Shown: positions 24,242-37,100 of the stretch, in pieces
How positions within the stretch are numbered: position 1 is the first letter of the stretch
How the letters are laid out: every line of letters begins with the position of its first letter
NCBI GenBank assembly: GCA_028534125.1
Contig: CM052816.1
Span: 37,760,001 to 37,824,000, forward strand
From: Lama glama
Taxonomy: Eukaryota
DNA length: 64,000 nt
Reading direction: 5' to 3'
Notes under the pieces: model-generated
What the model saw: the letters and a program-made list of their open reading frames with translations, nothing else
Database searches by the model: none
Told to the model about the DNA's origin: nothing
Position numbers and translations under genes: made by a program

Positions 24242-27200
24242 TTTTTTTTATTGAGGTAAGGTTGATGTACAATATTAGGTAAGTTTCAATCGTACAACAG
24301 AGTGTTTCACAATTTTAAAGTTTAGATTTCATTTATTGACATTATAAAATATGGACTATATTCCCTGTGTTATAACAGCATATTCACATACCTTATTTTA
24401 TACATAGTAGTTTGTACCTCTTAATCCCCTACCACTGTATTGCCCTTCCCCTTCTCTCTCCTAATAACCACTAGTTTGTTGCTTTTATCTGAGTCTATTT
24501 CTGTTTTGTTTCATTCACTAGTTTGTTTTATTTTTGATTCCATAAATACTACTGATGCACTGTTTGTCTTTCCCTGACTGATTTATTTCACTTAGCGTAA
24601 TCCCCCTCAAGTCCGTCCATGTTGTTACAAATGGCAAAATTTCATTCTTCTTTATGGCTGAGTAATATTTCATTGTGTGTGTATATATACATACACACAC
24701 ACACTACATCTCCTTTTATCCACTCATCTGTTGATGGACACTTAGATTGCTGCCATACCTTGGCAATTGTAACAATGCTGCTATGCTCATTGGAGTGCAT
24801 GTATCTTTTTGAATTAGTGTGATTGTTTTCCTTGGATAAATACCCAGTGATGGAATTGCTGGGTCACACAGTATTCTTACTTTCAGTTTTTTAAGAAACC
24901 TTGAGGCTGTTCTTCATAGCGGCTGCAATGATTTGTATTCCCACCAACAGTGCACCAGTGTTCCCTTTTCTCCATATCCTCCCCAGCATTTGTTATTTGT
25001 GAGCTTTTTGATGCTAGCCATTGTGACAGGTAAGAGGTGACACCTCACTGTGGTTTTAATTTGCATTTCTCTGACGATTAACAGTGTTGAGTATCTTTTT
25101 ACATGCCATTTGGCCATCTGTATGTCGTCTTTGGAAAATTTCTCTATTCACGTCTTCTGCCCATTTTTCAATCAGGTCTTTTTTTTTTTCTTTTTGGATG
25201 TTGAGTTGCATGAGCTGTTTATAAATTTTGGATGTTAAACGTTTATTGGTCATATAATTTACAAATATTTTCACCCATTTAGTAGGTTTTCTTTTCTTTC
25301 TGTGGATGGTTTCTTTTGCTGTGCCAAAGTTTTTAAGTTTAATTAGGTCCCACTTGTTTATTTTTGCTTTTATTTCCTATACTTTAGGAAATAGATCCAA
25401 AAAAGTACTGCTACAATTTATGTCCAGAAGTGGTCTGCCTATATTTTGTTCTAGGAGATTTTGGGTTTCCAGTCTTAAATTTAGGTTTTTTAATCCATTT
25501 TGAGTTTATTCTTGTATATAGTGTTAGAGAATGCTCTAATTTCATTTTTCACATGTGGCTGTCCAGTTTTCCCAGCACCATTTGATGAGACTGTCTTTTC
25601 TCCATTGTATATTCTTGCTCTCCTTTGTCGTAAGTTAATTGACTTATGTTAAGTGTGTGGGTTTATTTCTAGGGGCATGGAAAAATGCTCAATAAACTAA
25701 TTATTGGAGAAATGCAAATGAAAACTACAATGAGGTATCACCTCACACCAGTCAGAGTGGCCATCATTCAAAAGTTCATGAAAGATAAATGCTGGAGAGG
25801 GTGTAGGGAGAAGGGAAGTGTCCTACACTGCCAGTGGGAATGTAGTTTGGTGCAGCCATTATGGAAAACAGTATGGAGGGTTCTCAAAAAACTAGAAGTA
25901 GACTTACCATATGATCCAGCAGTCCCACTCCTGAACATATATATGGAGAAAACTCCTCTAATTCAAAAAGATACATGCACCCCAATGTTCACAGCAGCAC
26001 TATTTACAACAGCCAAGACATGGAAACAGTCTAAATGTCCATTGACAGATGACTGGATAAAGAAGTTGGGGTATATTTTTACAATGGAATACTACTCAGC
26101 TATAAAAAATAAAATAATGCCATTTGCTGCAACAGGGGTGACCTAGAGATTGTCATTCTAAGTGAAGTAAGGCAGAAAGAGAAAGAAAAATACCACATGA
26201 TATCACTTATATGTGGAATCTAAAAAAAAAGACAAAAACTTATTTGGAAAGCAGAAACAGACTTAGAGCCAAAAAACAAGCTTATGGTTACCAGGGAGGG
26301 AGGGGGAATAAATTGGGAGTTTGAGATTTGCAGATACTAACTAATATAATAATATATATAAAATAGGTGAACAACAAGTTTATTCTGTATAGCACAGGGA
26401 ACTATATTCAATACCTGTGGTGAAACAGAATTTGATAACTGTAATGTTATGTTTAGATTCCTCTCTCTTTTGTGTTTCTGAATCTATTACACATTTTGGG
26501 TTTGTGGTTACCATGAGGTTTGTAGTCAGCAATGTACTACTTTTGTCTTGTACCCTTCCTACTAACTTTATGCGTGGATGACTTCCTACTTTTACTGTAT
26601 GTTTGCCTTTCCCAATGAGCTTTTTCTTTTCATGATTTTCATGTGTCCATTGTATCCTTTTCTTTTTTGCTTAGGGAAGTTCCTCTAATATTTCTCATAA
26701 AGCTGGTTTGCTGGTGCGACATTCTTTTAGATTTGCTTCTCTTCAAAACTTATTTCCATCAAATCTGAATGAGAGCCTTACAGGGTAGAGTATTCTTATT
26801 GTAGATTTTTTTTCCCCTTTATCACTTTAAATATATCATACCATGCCCTTCTGGCCTGCAGTTTCTGCTGAAAATTCAGCTGATAGACTTATGGGAGTTT
26901 CCTAGTTGCTTTTCCCTTGCTACTTTTAATATTCCCTCTTTATGTTTAATTTTTGCATTTTAATTACAATTTGGCTTGCTGTGTTCCTCTCTGGGTTTAT
27001 CCTGTGCAGACTCCATGCTTTTGGATGACTTTCCTATCCCAGGTCAGGGACGTTTTCAGCTGTTATATCTTTAATTATAGTCTTAGCCCCTTTCTTTCCA
27101 CTAGCGCCTATCTCCCATGTCACTTAGTTCTTGCATTTTATCTTGTTCCTTCATTTGGAATATGTTCCTCTGCCACCTCATTTTGTCTAAGATACTGTTG

Positions 27201-28537
27201 GTATTTTTATGTATGTGGTAGGTTAGTTATAGTTCTTGACTTAGAAGAAGTGGCCTTTTGGTGTGGACGCATTGCAGCAGCACACTCCCCTCTCATCACC
27301 AGAGCTATGTGGGCTGTAGGGTCTTTCTGTTGTAGTGGGCTGACTTTATGGGTGGTCTGGTAGGCTTGTCTGGCCCCCAGTCCATCTGGGGCCAGATCCT
27401 GCCCTGTGCAAAGGCCCCTGGCCACTGGTTTAGAGGACTGGGTCACAAGGCAGCTGACTGAGAAACCCGAGGGAGAGTCAGGGTCCAGGTGGGTAAAACT
27501 AGGTCCTTGGGTTAGTGTTAGCCTCCTAGAACACAGGGTCAGATTGTGGGGTGTAGCTGAATGGTCCAAGAGGTCCCAGAGAAGGCATCACTGTGGGGTG
27601 TAGGGCTGGTTCCTGACACAATTGGCTATGGGGCTCGGGGTATCCGAAAGCTTGTGTTGTGGGTAGGGCCCAGACCCAGCCATTCCCAGGGCAGAGTCTG
27701 GTCCGCTGGTGGGCAGGCTGGGTCCACAGACAGCAGTCCTGTTTGTTTCCTTGTAGCTGGTGTGTGCCCACTGTTGGCGGAGCTGGGCACCAGGCACGTA
27801 TGGCCAGGGCTGTGGAGATTCTGGGGCTGATGCCTGCTTACTGGTAGCTGAGTGCCCGGGTCTCTGGCTGTAGGGCCCTGAGGCTCTCAGAGCTAGTGCC
27901 TGTGCACTGGTGCATGAGGCAACGTCCTGGGCCCTCTGGTGGGTAAGGCTGAGCCCAAGCCCAGTCAGTTGCATGGCCTGCAGCATCCCAGCACTGGTGC
28001 CTGCAGACCACTGAGCCAGGATGGGGCTAATAAGCTAGGGAGAAAATTTCAAAATAGCGCTTAGCAGCACCAGTTTCCACATGGTAGAAGCAGCTCCCTA
28101 AAATGGCTGCTCCCAGTGTCTCTGTGTGCAGGGTGAGCTGCAGCTGTCTCTTGACTCTCCCTGAGACTCTCCATTATTAGTAGGTGGATCTGATCCAGGC
28201 TTCTGTCAAATCACTGCTTCTGCCCTGGGTCCTGGGGCATGTGGGAGTTTGTGTTCACCCTATAAGAGTGAAGTCCCTCTTTCCCCCAGTCCTCTGGGAC
28301 TCTCAAAAGTAATGCCCCTGGCCCTCAAAGCCACATGCTCTAGGAGCTCATCTTCCTGGTGCAGGACCAGGGACTGAGGAGCCCACGTGGGGCTCAGACC
28401 CTCACTCCCTGGGGAGAACCTCTGCAGTTGTAATTATTCTCCCATTTGCGGAATGCCCACCTGGGGGTATGAGGCTGGCTATGTCGTGACTCTGCCTCTC
28501 TGACCCACCTTTCTATTCCATCATCTTGCTCAGTCTC
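24242..28537 (-). mobile_element. L1 with 5'UTR and 3' end retained but most of ORF2 and part of ORF1 lost
   Basis: The 5' start reads gcaagatgatggaatagaa on minus (28511-28529), followed by a GC-rich 5'UTR (~27250-28500). ORF1 starts MRWQRNIFQMKEQDK at 27181. ORF2 C-terminus [17 protein letters not shown]...[18 protein letters not shown] (24914-25117). AATAAA on minus at 24247-24252. Confidence 0.88.
25674..26435 (+). mobile_element. L1 fragment (ORF2 C-terminus plus partial 3'UTR) embedded antisense in another L1; no poly(A)
   Basis: ORF 25685-26146 [19 protein letters not shown]...DKCWRGCREKGSVLHCQWEC...CTPMFTAALF. The 3'UTR runs to agcacagggaactatattcaata. Confidence 0.9.
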
Positions 28538-29538
28538 ACATATTTTCTAAGGAAGCACTGGGAAGGTATAAATAGGATCTTTTTTTATTATTATTATTAT
28601 TACTCTTCTGTTAAGAACTGTTTTGCCAGATCCACCATACAAGAGATAGAGTACCTGGTATATTTTTTCTTACATTACGTATTTCCTATTTCTATGTTGT
28701 GAATATACTGATGAAAAATGAGACAGACAAACAGAAGAGCAGAGGAAGGAGGATGATCAGAGAACCTAGATAATGGTGTATAAACTAAATGAATTGATGT
28801 GAACACAAAGTTCAGGATGAGTTTAAAAAAAAAAAAATCTCCGAGGACACAAGTTGGACAAAAAGCCACACAACTACAATAGTGAATTACTTCTTCATCG
28901 TACCACGTATAAAATGCTAGGTGCTCAACACAAACCTTGATCCCCAGGAATTTTTTCACTATTGCCCTTTCCTGCTAAAAAGTAGATTAAGGGAGTCTTT
29001 CTTTGAATATAACAAAAATATGTCATCCTTCAGTGAATTAGCAAATGTATCAGTAGATTTATCATTAATATCTGAGTAAAAACCCTAGAGACAAATTACT
29101 GACAGCCTTATCATTACTCTCAAGTACTGCAGGTACTCTATTATTTATTTGTAATTTCTTCAAAATGAGGAAAAAATTACTCAGCCCATGTAATTTAGAA
29201 AAATATATATTATATTGCTATTGGCTGTAAATTGGTCTTTCTAAGAAAGGAGCCATTCACATTAATTGGTTTAAATTTTGGTGTAATATAATTTGAATTT
29301 AAATGGTTCCACTTTGTTTCAAGTTTACCTTCTTAAATAATCCAATATAGACCCAACATCTAAATTCTTCCAAATAATGGTGGAAAAGGAGGGTAGAACA
29401 GAATACCTACATTAAACAATGACAATAAAGTTTCATCAACTTAGTAGTTTTTTTCCTGTTTTTTTTTTCAGAAATGCTACCGTACATGATTATGAAATGC
29501 TTGAATCCTGATAAAATCTCTTAGTTAAAAAAAATTAA

Positions 29539-32390
29539 CAGAAGAGGTGCCAAGATGGTGGAGTAGAGAGGGATGGCTTGCCGTCTCCCACAAATACACC
29601 AAGAATGATACCTACACACCCACTGAATCGCACAGAACCCCTACTGAACTCTGGCAGAGTGTCTCTTGCATCAAGATACAGGAGGATTCTCACAAAATCC
29701 AGTAAAAAATCGTTGCAGGGAGGGAGCAGCATAGGAAGAAACGCATGCTCACCCTGGGATGCCCCATCTCCAGCTGGGAGGTCATCGGGGGCAGAAGCAG
29801 AGCTTCTGAGGCTCAGAGAAAAAAGTGGCAACCACTTGGCAGACAGAACTAAGGGAAACTGGCATGGAGGGTCCCTGAGATCTCCAGCCCTAGACGCGAG
29901 CCAGCAGGGACAAGCTGGGACTGACTGCTGGAGATAGGTGAGGAGCCCGGGCAGGGGGCTGGGGCCCGCTGCACGAGGCAGCCTCAGGGGACTGGAGGGT
30001 GGTGTGAGCTCTGGCTAGGGGTGGGTGCAGAGCAGAACAGACCCCCCATAAAAAAGCACCACTGCTGGTATGGGTGGGGTGGGGGGAAGGCACAGTGCAG
30101 CCATGCCTCAACCACTTAGTCTGCTTGGCTCCATTGCTGTTGTGTTCTCCTGAGAAGGGATGTAGGGCTTGGTCATAGCCATCGCTGCTGTGTGAAGTCC
30201 AGGCTGAAAGCTGAATCCATACCCAGCAGCCCTGCAGCCTCACAGGCAGGACTCAGATTTGTTTACAGCCCCAGGCAGAGAGGGTGGATTTGCCCTCTCT
30301 GGACCCTTTGTGGACCCATGCCTCTGCGAGGAGCAGATGGTAAGTGGAATTCTGGGGCAAGGGGAAGAGAGTACTGGTTTTCACCACAGGCCGGCATGCC
30401 ATCCTGTACGCAGAATTGGGGCTGAGGGCTGTGCTGAGCTTGTGGTGCACCACAGACTCTGGTGTGTGATGGCTTGCTCATGACGGTGGGTCCTAGTGCC
30501 TGACATCGGCGGATCTGCACTGGCAGTTCCTGGGTCCCAGAACCTGGGGGACACCTGAGTGAGTGGCTGACATTCTCATAGCTAAGACAGGGACAAAGGC
30601 AGCATCAACAAAGAGTACTTTGTAAACCCTGCATAGCACGTGACAGGCAACACTTCAGAGGACATCTCCTGCAGAGGTTCACTCGGCGACTCTTCTTCCC
30701 AGCTGAAGTGCTCCAACCCTGCCTACCACACACTACAGCTCAGAAGCAGGTCTGGAAGCCTCTATTCCAGCAACAGGGGAGAAGACCTGGCCCTGTCAAG
30801 GCTGTGACAACCACAGAACAAAAAGGAAGCCCTGCTCAACAACAACCATCAGGGCAGGCTCCAAACACCACACCAACCGCAACCCTAATCAAAGGGATAA
30901 CAGCCAACACACACGGAAGAAAGACGTGGCAAGCATCCATAATAAGAATAGTCCTTGCAACAAAACTATTGGATGCACACAGTCCACACCAGAGTGTTCC
31001 CACTGTAAATAAAAAGAAACAAAAAATAAAACAGCCCTTCAAGACCACAGTACATAACTGATACTCCTAAACCCATACAGAGAAATATAGGTAAAATGAA
31101 GAGGCAGAGGAACCACTACCAATTAAAAGAACAAATCTCCTGAAAGAGCGATCAATGAAACAGACCTTAGTCTACTAAATCGTGACTTCAAAAGGGGGTG
31201 ATAAAAGCACTAAAGGAAATAAGAGAGACTATAACTAGAGACAGAGAATACTATAAAAAGGAAATAGAAACTATAAAAAGGAGCCAATTGTAAACAGAAA
31301 ACTCAATGGCTGAGATAAGACCCAAGCTAAAGGCAGTCAAAAGCATACTAGACAATGCAGAGGAATGAATAAGTGAATAAGAAGACAGGATAACAAGGGC
31401 TTAACTTCAGAATGTATAAATAGCTCATACAACTTAATAAAAAAAAAAACCCAATCCAAAAATAGGCAGACAACCTAAACAAGGAATTCTCCAGTGAAGA
31501 TATACACACGGCCAACAGGCACATGAAAAAATGCTCAGTATCGCTATCAAAACTGTAATCAGGTATCACCTCGCACCGGTCAGAATGGCCATCATTCAAA
31601 AGTCCACAAATGATAAATGCTGGAGAGGGTGTGTAGAAATGGGAACCCTCCTACACTGTTGGTGGGAGTGTAGTTTGGTGCAGCCATTATGGAAAACAGT
31701 ATGGAGATTCCTGAAAAGACTGAACATAGACTTACCCTATGAGTCAGCAATCCCACTCCTGGGCATATATCCAGAGGAAACCTTAATTCAAAAAGACAAA
31801 TGCACCCCAATGTTCATAGCAGCACTATTTACAATAGCAAAGACATGGAAACAACTTAACTGTCCATCGACAGATGACTGGATAAAGAAAGAACTTGTGG
31901 TATAGAGGAATACTACTCAGCCATAAAAAAGAATGCCATTTGTAGCAACATGGGTGAATCTAGAGATCATCATTGTGAGTGAAGACAGAAAGAGAAAGAA
32001 AAATAACATATGATATCACTTATATGTGGAAATCTAAAAATAAAAGTCAAATGAACTTATTTACAAAGCAGAACCAAACTTTCAAACATAGAAAACAAAC
32101 TTATGGTTACCAGAAGTGGAAGAGGGTGGGAAGGATAAATTGGGAGTTCGAGATTTGCAGATATATAGATAGATATATATATATACACATAAAATAGATA
32201 AACGAGTTCATACTGTATAGCAAAGGGAACTATATTAAATATTTTGTGGTAACTTACAGTTAAAAAATATGAAAATGAATATATGTATGTATATGTATGA
32301 TTGAAGCATTATGCTGTACACCAGAAATTGACACATTATAAACTGACTATACTTCAATAAAATATATATAATAAAAGCCTTATTTAAAAA
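29539..32390 (+). mobile_element. L1 with complete 5'UTR and 3' end and a ~4.1 kb internal deletion
   Basis: Start gccaagatggtggagtaga (29549-29567) and GC-rich 5'UTR. ORF1 starts MKRQRNHYQLKEQ at 31096 and jumps to ORF2 at 31393-31395. C-terminus [20 protein letters not shown]; cttcAATAAA at ~32356. Candidate TSD AAAAATTAA at 29530-29538 and 32386-32394. Confidence 0.92.
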
Positions 32391-32829
32391 TTAAAAAGGA
32401 CAAGATTTTTTTACAAGTCATTGAGTCTTATAAACATTATCAAAAAGCAATGCTTTTTCACCATGCCAAGCATAATATAGGCATTTAATAATGAGCAATA
32501 ATATACCTTGTTGTTCTTTCTTCCTATTTTTTTTAGGAGTGTTTTGACTTGATTTTGTGACAAAGCAGAGGTCTCTTCTCTATTTCTATTTTCTTGTCAT
32601 AATTGTACAAATTATTTTGAGCAAAATGATAATAGGATGTCTTAGGTAATAAGAAAATTATTCATAGAATTCTGATATTGCCCTGGTGACACTGGTGTTG
32701 TAACTTTATTCTGGCAACTACACTGGTAGTGGAGATTCAGCTTTGACTCCTGGACCTCAAATTGAGGAATCACTGCCTTAAAATCCCTGGAGTTCTCCAA
32801 AACTCTTTTTACATCAGTCCCTCCCCTAG

Positions 32830-33480
32830 TGTAACTGAGTAGAACCCTAGGGGGCCTTCCTGGGACAGACTCCCTTCTGTCCCTAGCATACCCTCCACTT
32901 ACCTTTTGTATGTAGAAAAGCTTAATCTCCGAGGCATCCTACACTGAGTCACTAAATGCTGACTTTTAAGTTAATAATTGGAGGAATGTCAGCATGTAGT
33001 AACAAAAAGCAGTTGGGCCAGGTAGAACTGGTAACAATTTAAACAATAAATCAGCCATATAGCAGAGTCCTAAAGAACATAGATAACAGTGTCTGATGCA
33101 CATTCCTGAGTTGTTTTACAGATACTAAAGTACCCAGCAGATGGAAGAAGCTAACTGCATCCTGATCCTGGACACCTAGCCCCAGACTTGCTGGAGCCTG
33201 TAAAATCCTGTGACAGTATCCTGTTACCCAACTATCAACCGATCAGAGAATTGTGCACAAATTGATCACATAACCTGCAACTCTCTCCCTCATATTGCCT
33301 TTAAAGTTCCATCCCTGAAATCCATCAGGAAGTTCGAGTCTTGCACACATTAGCTGTTCATACACCTTGCCTGCCCTTGCAATCACTGCTGCCTTTTCCT
33401 TCATCACAACCTGGTGTCAGTAGATTGGCTTTACTGTGCACTGTGTGCAGGCAAGCAGACCCAAGTTTGGTTGGGTAGCG
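32830..33480 (+). mobile_element. ERV1-type solo LTR (~650 bp)
   Basis: Starts TGTAAC. Contains gcctttaaa (TATA-like) and the U5-like end tcagtagattggctttactg...gcaagcagacccaagtttggttgggtagcg. No clear TSD. Confidence 0.7.
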
Positions 33481-34133
33481 TGATGACTGAGCTCAATGGC
33501 ATTCTCTGTATATTTAAAAAGGTTTCTTAGCAGGTCATTTTGCCCCATTCCCTGTTTTATATGAAATAAAAGATATTAATTCTTTCTGCAATAATTGAAC
33601 TCCAGCTTTGTTTAAGGCTTATGGTAGGTCCTGGTCAGAATGACAGACATGCGTTCAAAATCTCACTGGTCTCGTATTCTAGTAAGAAATATATGTTCTG
33701 AGAAAGGAAAAATGCAGGCTTACAGTATAGGGAAATGATATAATAAAACAAATTGATCAGAAAAATCTAGAGACAGTGTTTCTTATATCACGATAAAAAC
33801 AAATTAGTCCACATGAATTTATTCAATCACATTCATATTCAATATCCTTTACCTGTGCTATCTTGACACATATAACACATTTTATTGTGCTTTTAAAAGT
33901 TGCAAACATTAAGATAATCACGGGAAAAATACTTATGTGAACACCTCCCTCTGTCCATTTCAGATCCTTAATATGAAAAGATCCCTGTTCTTAAGGCAAA
34001 GTGGTTAAAATGGGCATTGCTATCCATAGACTTTGATTCATGAATAACTATAGGGACAGGATGAAGTGAAATAATTATGATAATAATAATGTGTGGTTAT
34101 ATCGTAACACATTCATTAATAGTGTTTGTTGTA

Positions 34134-37100
34134 GGGTCAGAACAACATGGTGGGATAGGAGGACATGGAGCTCAACTCCTGCCACAAAAACCTCAAAATA
34201 CATCTACTTGTGTAACAATTCTCACAGACAACCAACTGAAAACTGACAGAACAACTCCTATACAACTGAAGTTACAAGAAAGATTTCCATATAACTGAAC
34301 AGGACAGAAAACAAGGCACAGAGTTGAGACCTTCACACTTGGGAGGGATCTAAAAGGAAGAGAATGTCCACACTGGAAGAACCTCACTCTGGGCAGTGAG
34401 CCCCAGACTGGGCATCCCAGTCCTGGGTTCCTACATGGAGGAAACAAGCCCCCAGGGCTGTTAGGAGAGCCACTAGCACAGACAGAAGGACTGAAGAAGC
34501 CAAGAGACTCCACTTGCAAAGAGTACACAGTACACAGTACACTGGCTTGCCAATAAAGATAGTGGAGAGAGCTCTACACTGGTGGTTGCAGCCTTGCTGC
34601 ACTCCCCTATCTCAGTGGGGTGAATTCCATGTCTGTGCTATCATTCCACATCACAACTTGGCACAAAATATGAGATAGCCATGTCCTGGGAAGAGACTTG
34701 GTCTAGCTATGTGGAGACAACATGGGAGCCTGGGGTATGGTCCAGGTGGAACACAGTGGCCATTGTTAATGCTTTCTCAAGCTGTGCCTTGGGAACCACC
34801 ATGACAAAAAGGCCACAGTTGTGGTCCCACTGCTGGCCAAGCAAATGCTACATCCATTTCACACCATAGCTTTTCACTGTATCTGGGGCAGATAGGTTCT
34901 GGGGAAAGAATCAGTCTGGGGACATAGAGGAGGCACAGAGACCTGGGGTATGGTCTAGGTTTAGTGACGGCAGCCACTGATGATACTAGCTCAATCAGCA
35001 CCCCAAAAGCAGCCCAGATCTTTGAAGGCAGCATAGCTGCTTCAATTCGGCAGCCACTATGCACCAACCCCAGCCCCAGCCCCAGCGTAGAAGATGTTCC
35101 AGCCCTGCTCACTGTTTGCCACAGCTTTCTACTAGATCTGGGATAGCCACAGCAGTGGAAAGGACATGACCTTGGGTTGCAGTGGATCAGAGCTGTGGCT
35201 GCCTACAAAGGCAGATCATTAGACCTGTGTGAGAGCACAATCGTCACTTCAGTACTCCCCTCTTTTGGGGCAAAACACATACTCTAAGGGAAAAGAGACT
35301 GCTTGAGCTTGAAGGAAGAGAGGAAGCCCAGCCTCAAACCATATGCAGGCTTTAGATCCTCCATCAACAACACTCCTTACCATGGTGATAGTGGCCAGCA
35401 CACTGTGAGGAATTACTGGCTGGTATCCACATCAAAACCAGCCCTTGCCTCAAAGATACTGGATGTGCACACAGTCTACTAAGTGATACTCCCACATAAA
35501 AACACCCCTTCACAACCACAATAGGTAATTATTTCTCCTAAATTCATAGAGACAGAGAAAGTAAAATGAAAAGGCAAAGGAACTATTTTCAACTGAAAGG
35601 GCAAGGGAGATCCATGGAAATAAATAACAAATAATAAAGCAGAGATCATTAGACTACAACACTGAATTCAAAAAAAGGTGGTAATAAAAATGCTAAGCAA
35701 ATTAAGAAATTTTATTAATTTAAGTGTAGATCATTTTAAGAAGATACTAGAAAATATAAAGATGAGGCAAACAAAAAAGAAATTCTGACATAAAAAGCAA
35801 TCTAGAAGCAATCAACGGTCAAGTAAATGACACAGAACAGTTAAGTAATCTGGAAGATAGAATATTAGAAATCACCCAATAGGAGCCGCAGATAGAAAAA
35901 ACAAATTAAAAAAAGAAATGGAACCAACACATGAGACCTATGGAATAACAGTGAACATGCCAACTTACACATACTAGGGGTCTTAGATGGAGACTAGAGA
36001 GATAAGGGAGTTGAAAATGTAGCTAAAGAAATTATGACTGAAAAGTTCCCAACCTAGAGATAGAAACAGATACCCAGGCACAAGAAGCACAGAAGGCCTC
36101 AAACAAGATGAACCCAAAGAGACCCAAACCGAGACATATCTAATTAAAATGGCAAAAGTTAAAGAAAAGATGCTAAAGACAGAAAGAGAAAAACAAAAAG
36201 CCAGTTGCAAAGGATCCCCCATAAGGGTATCAGCTGATTTCTCTGTAGAAACTTTGTAGTTCACAAGGGAGTAGCATGGTACATTCAAAGTCCTGGAAAG
36301 GAAAAATCTGCAACCTAGGAGACTCTACCCAGCAGGATCACCATTTAGAAAAAAGAAGACAGAATTTCTCAAGCAAGCAAAAGCTAAGAGTATTCAGCAA
36401 CACTAAACCTCCCCTAAAATAAATGAGTCTTCCCTAAATGGAAAAGAAGCAAGAATATATAGGAAAGGGAAAATCCCAACAGGAAAAGAAAATATATAGT
36501 GATGACTGAAAATCACTCCAATAAGCCAGTACATAGATTAAAAAACAAACAAAAAATTATAAAAGCATTTATATCCACAGTAAACAGAAAAGGAATAAGT
36601 ATGAAGGTGTAATATGGATATCAAAAAGTCAAAATGTGGAGGGGAATAAAAAATGTAGACGTTTTAGAATGTGTGTGAACTTTAATAATTATCAATTTAA
36701 AGCAAGTAGATATAATTATGGGGCAATATACATGAAACATATGGTAACCAAATATAAAAGAAAAAACTGCAACAGATCCACAAAACCAAAAAGAAATAAA
36801 CTCAAGCATCATTATCAAAAATCAAACCACAGAAGGAAAAATAAAAAGAAGAAATGAACAAAGAAGAACTGCAGAAACAACTGTAAAACAATGGCAATAA
36901 ATACATACCTATCAACAATTACTTTATAACTCAATGTCCTTTTAAATGCTCCAATCAAAGGACATAGGGTGGATGAATGAATTTTTTCTAAGAAAAGACC
37001 TTTAAATGTGCTGCTTACAAGAGACTCACTTCAGGGAAAAAAACACACATCCTGAACGTGAGGGGATGAAAAAAGATATTTCATGCAAATGGAAACAACA

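Noticed and set aside
27200..30900. GC-rich blocks with many overlapping ORFs, resembling a CpG-island gene promoter
   Set aside because: They are L1 5'UTRs (YY1-like starts, followed by ORF1) and are CpG-depleted; the overlapping ORFs reflect GC content.
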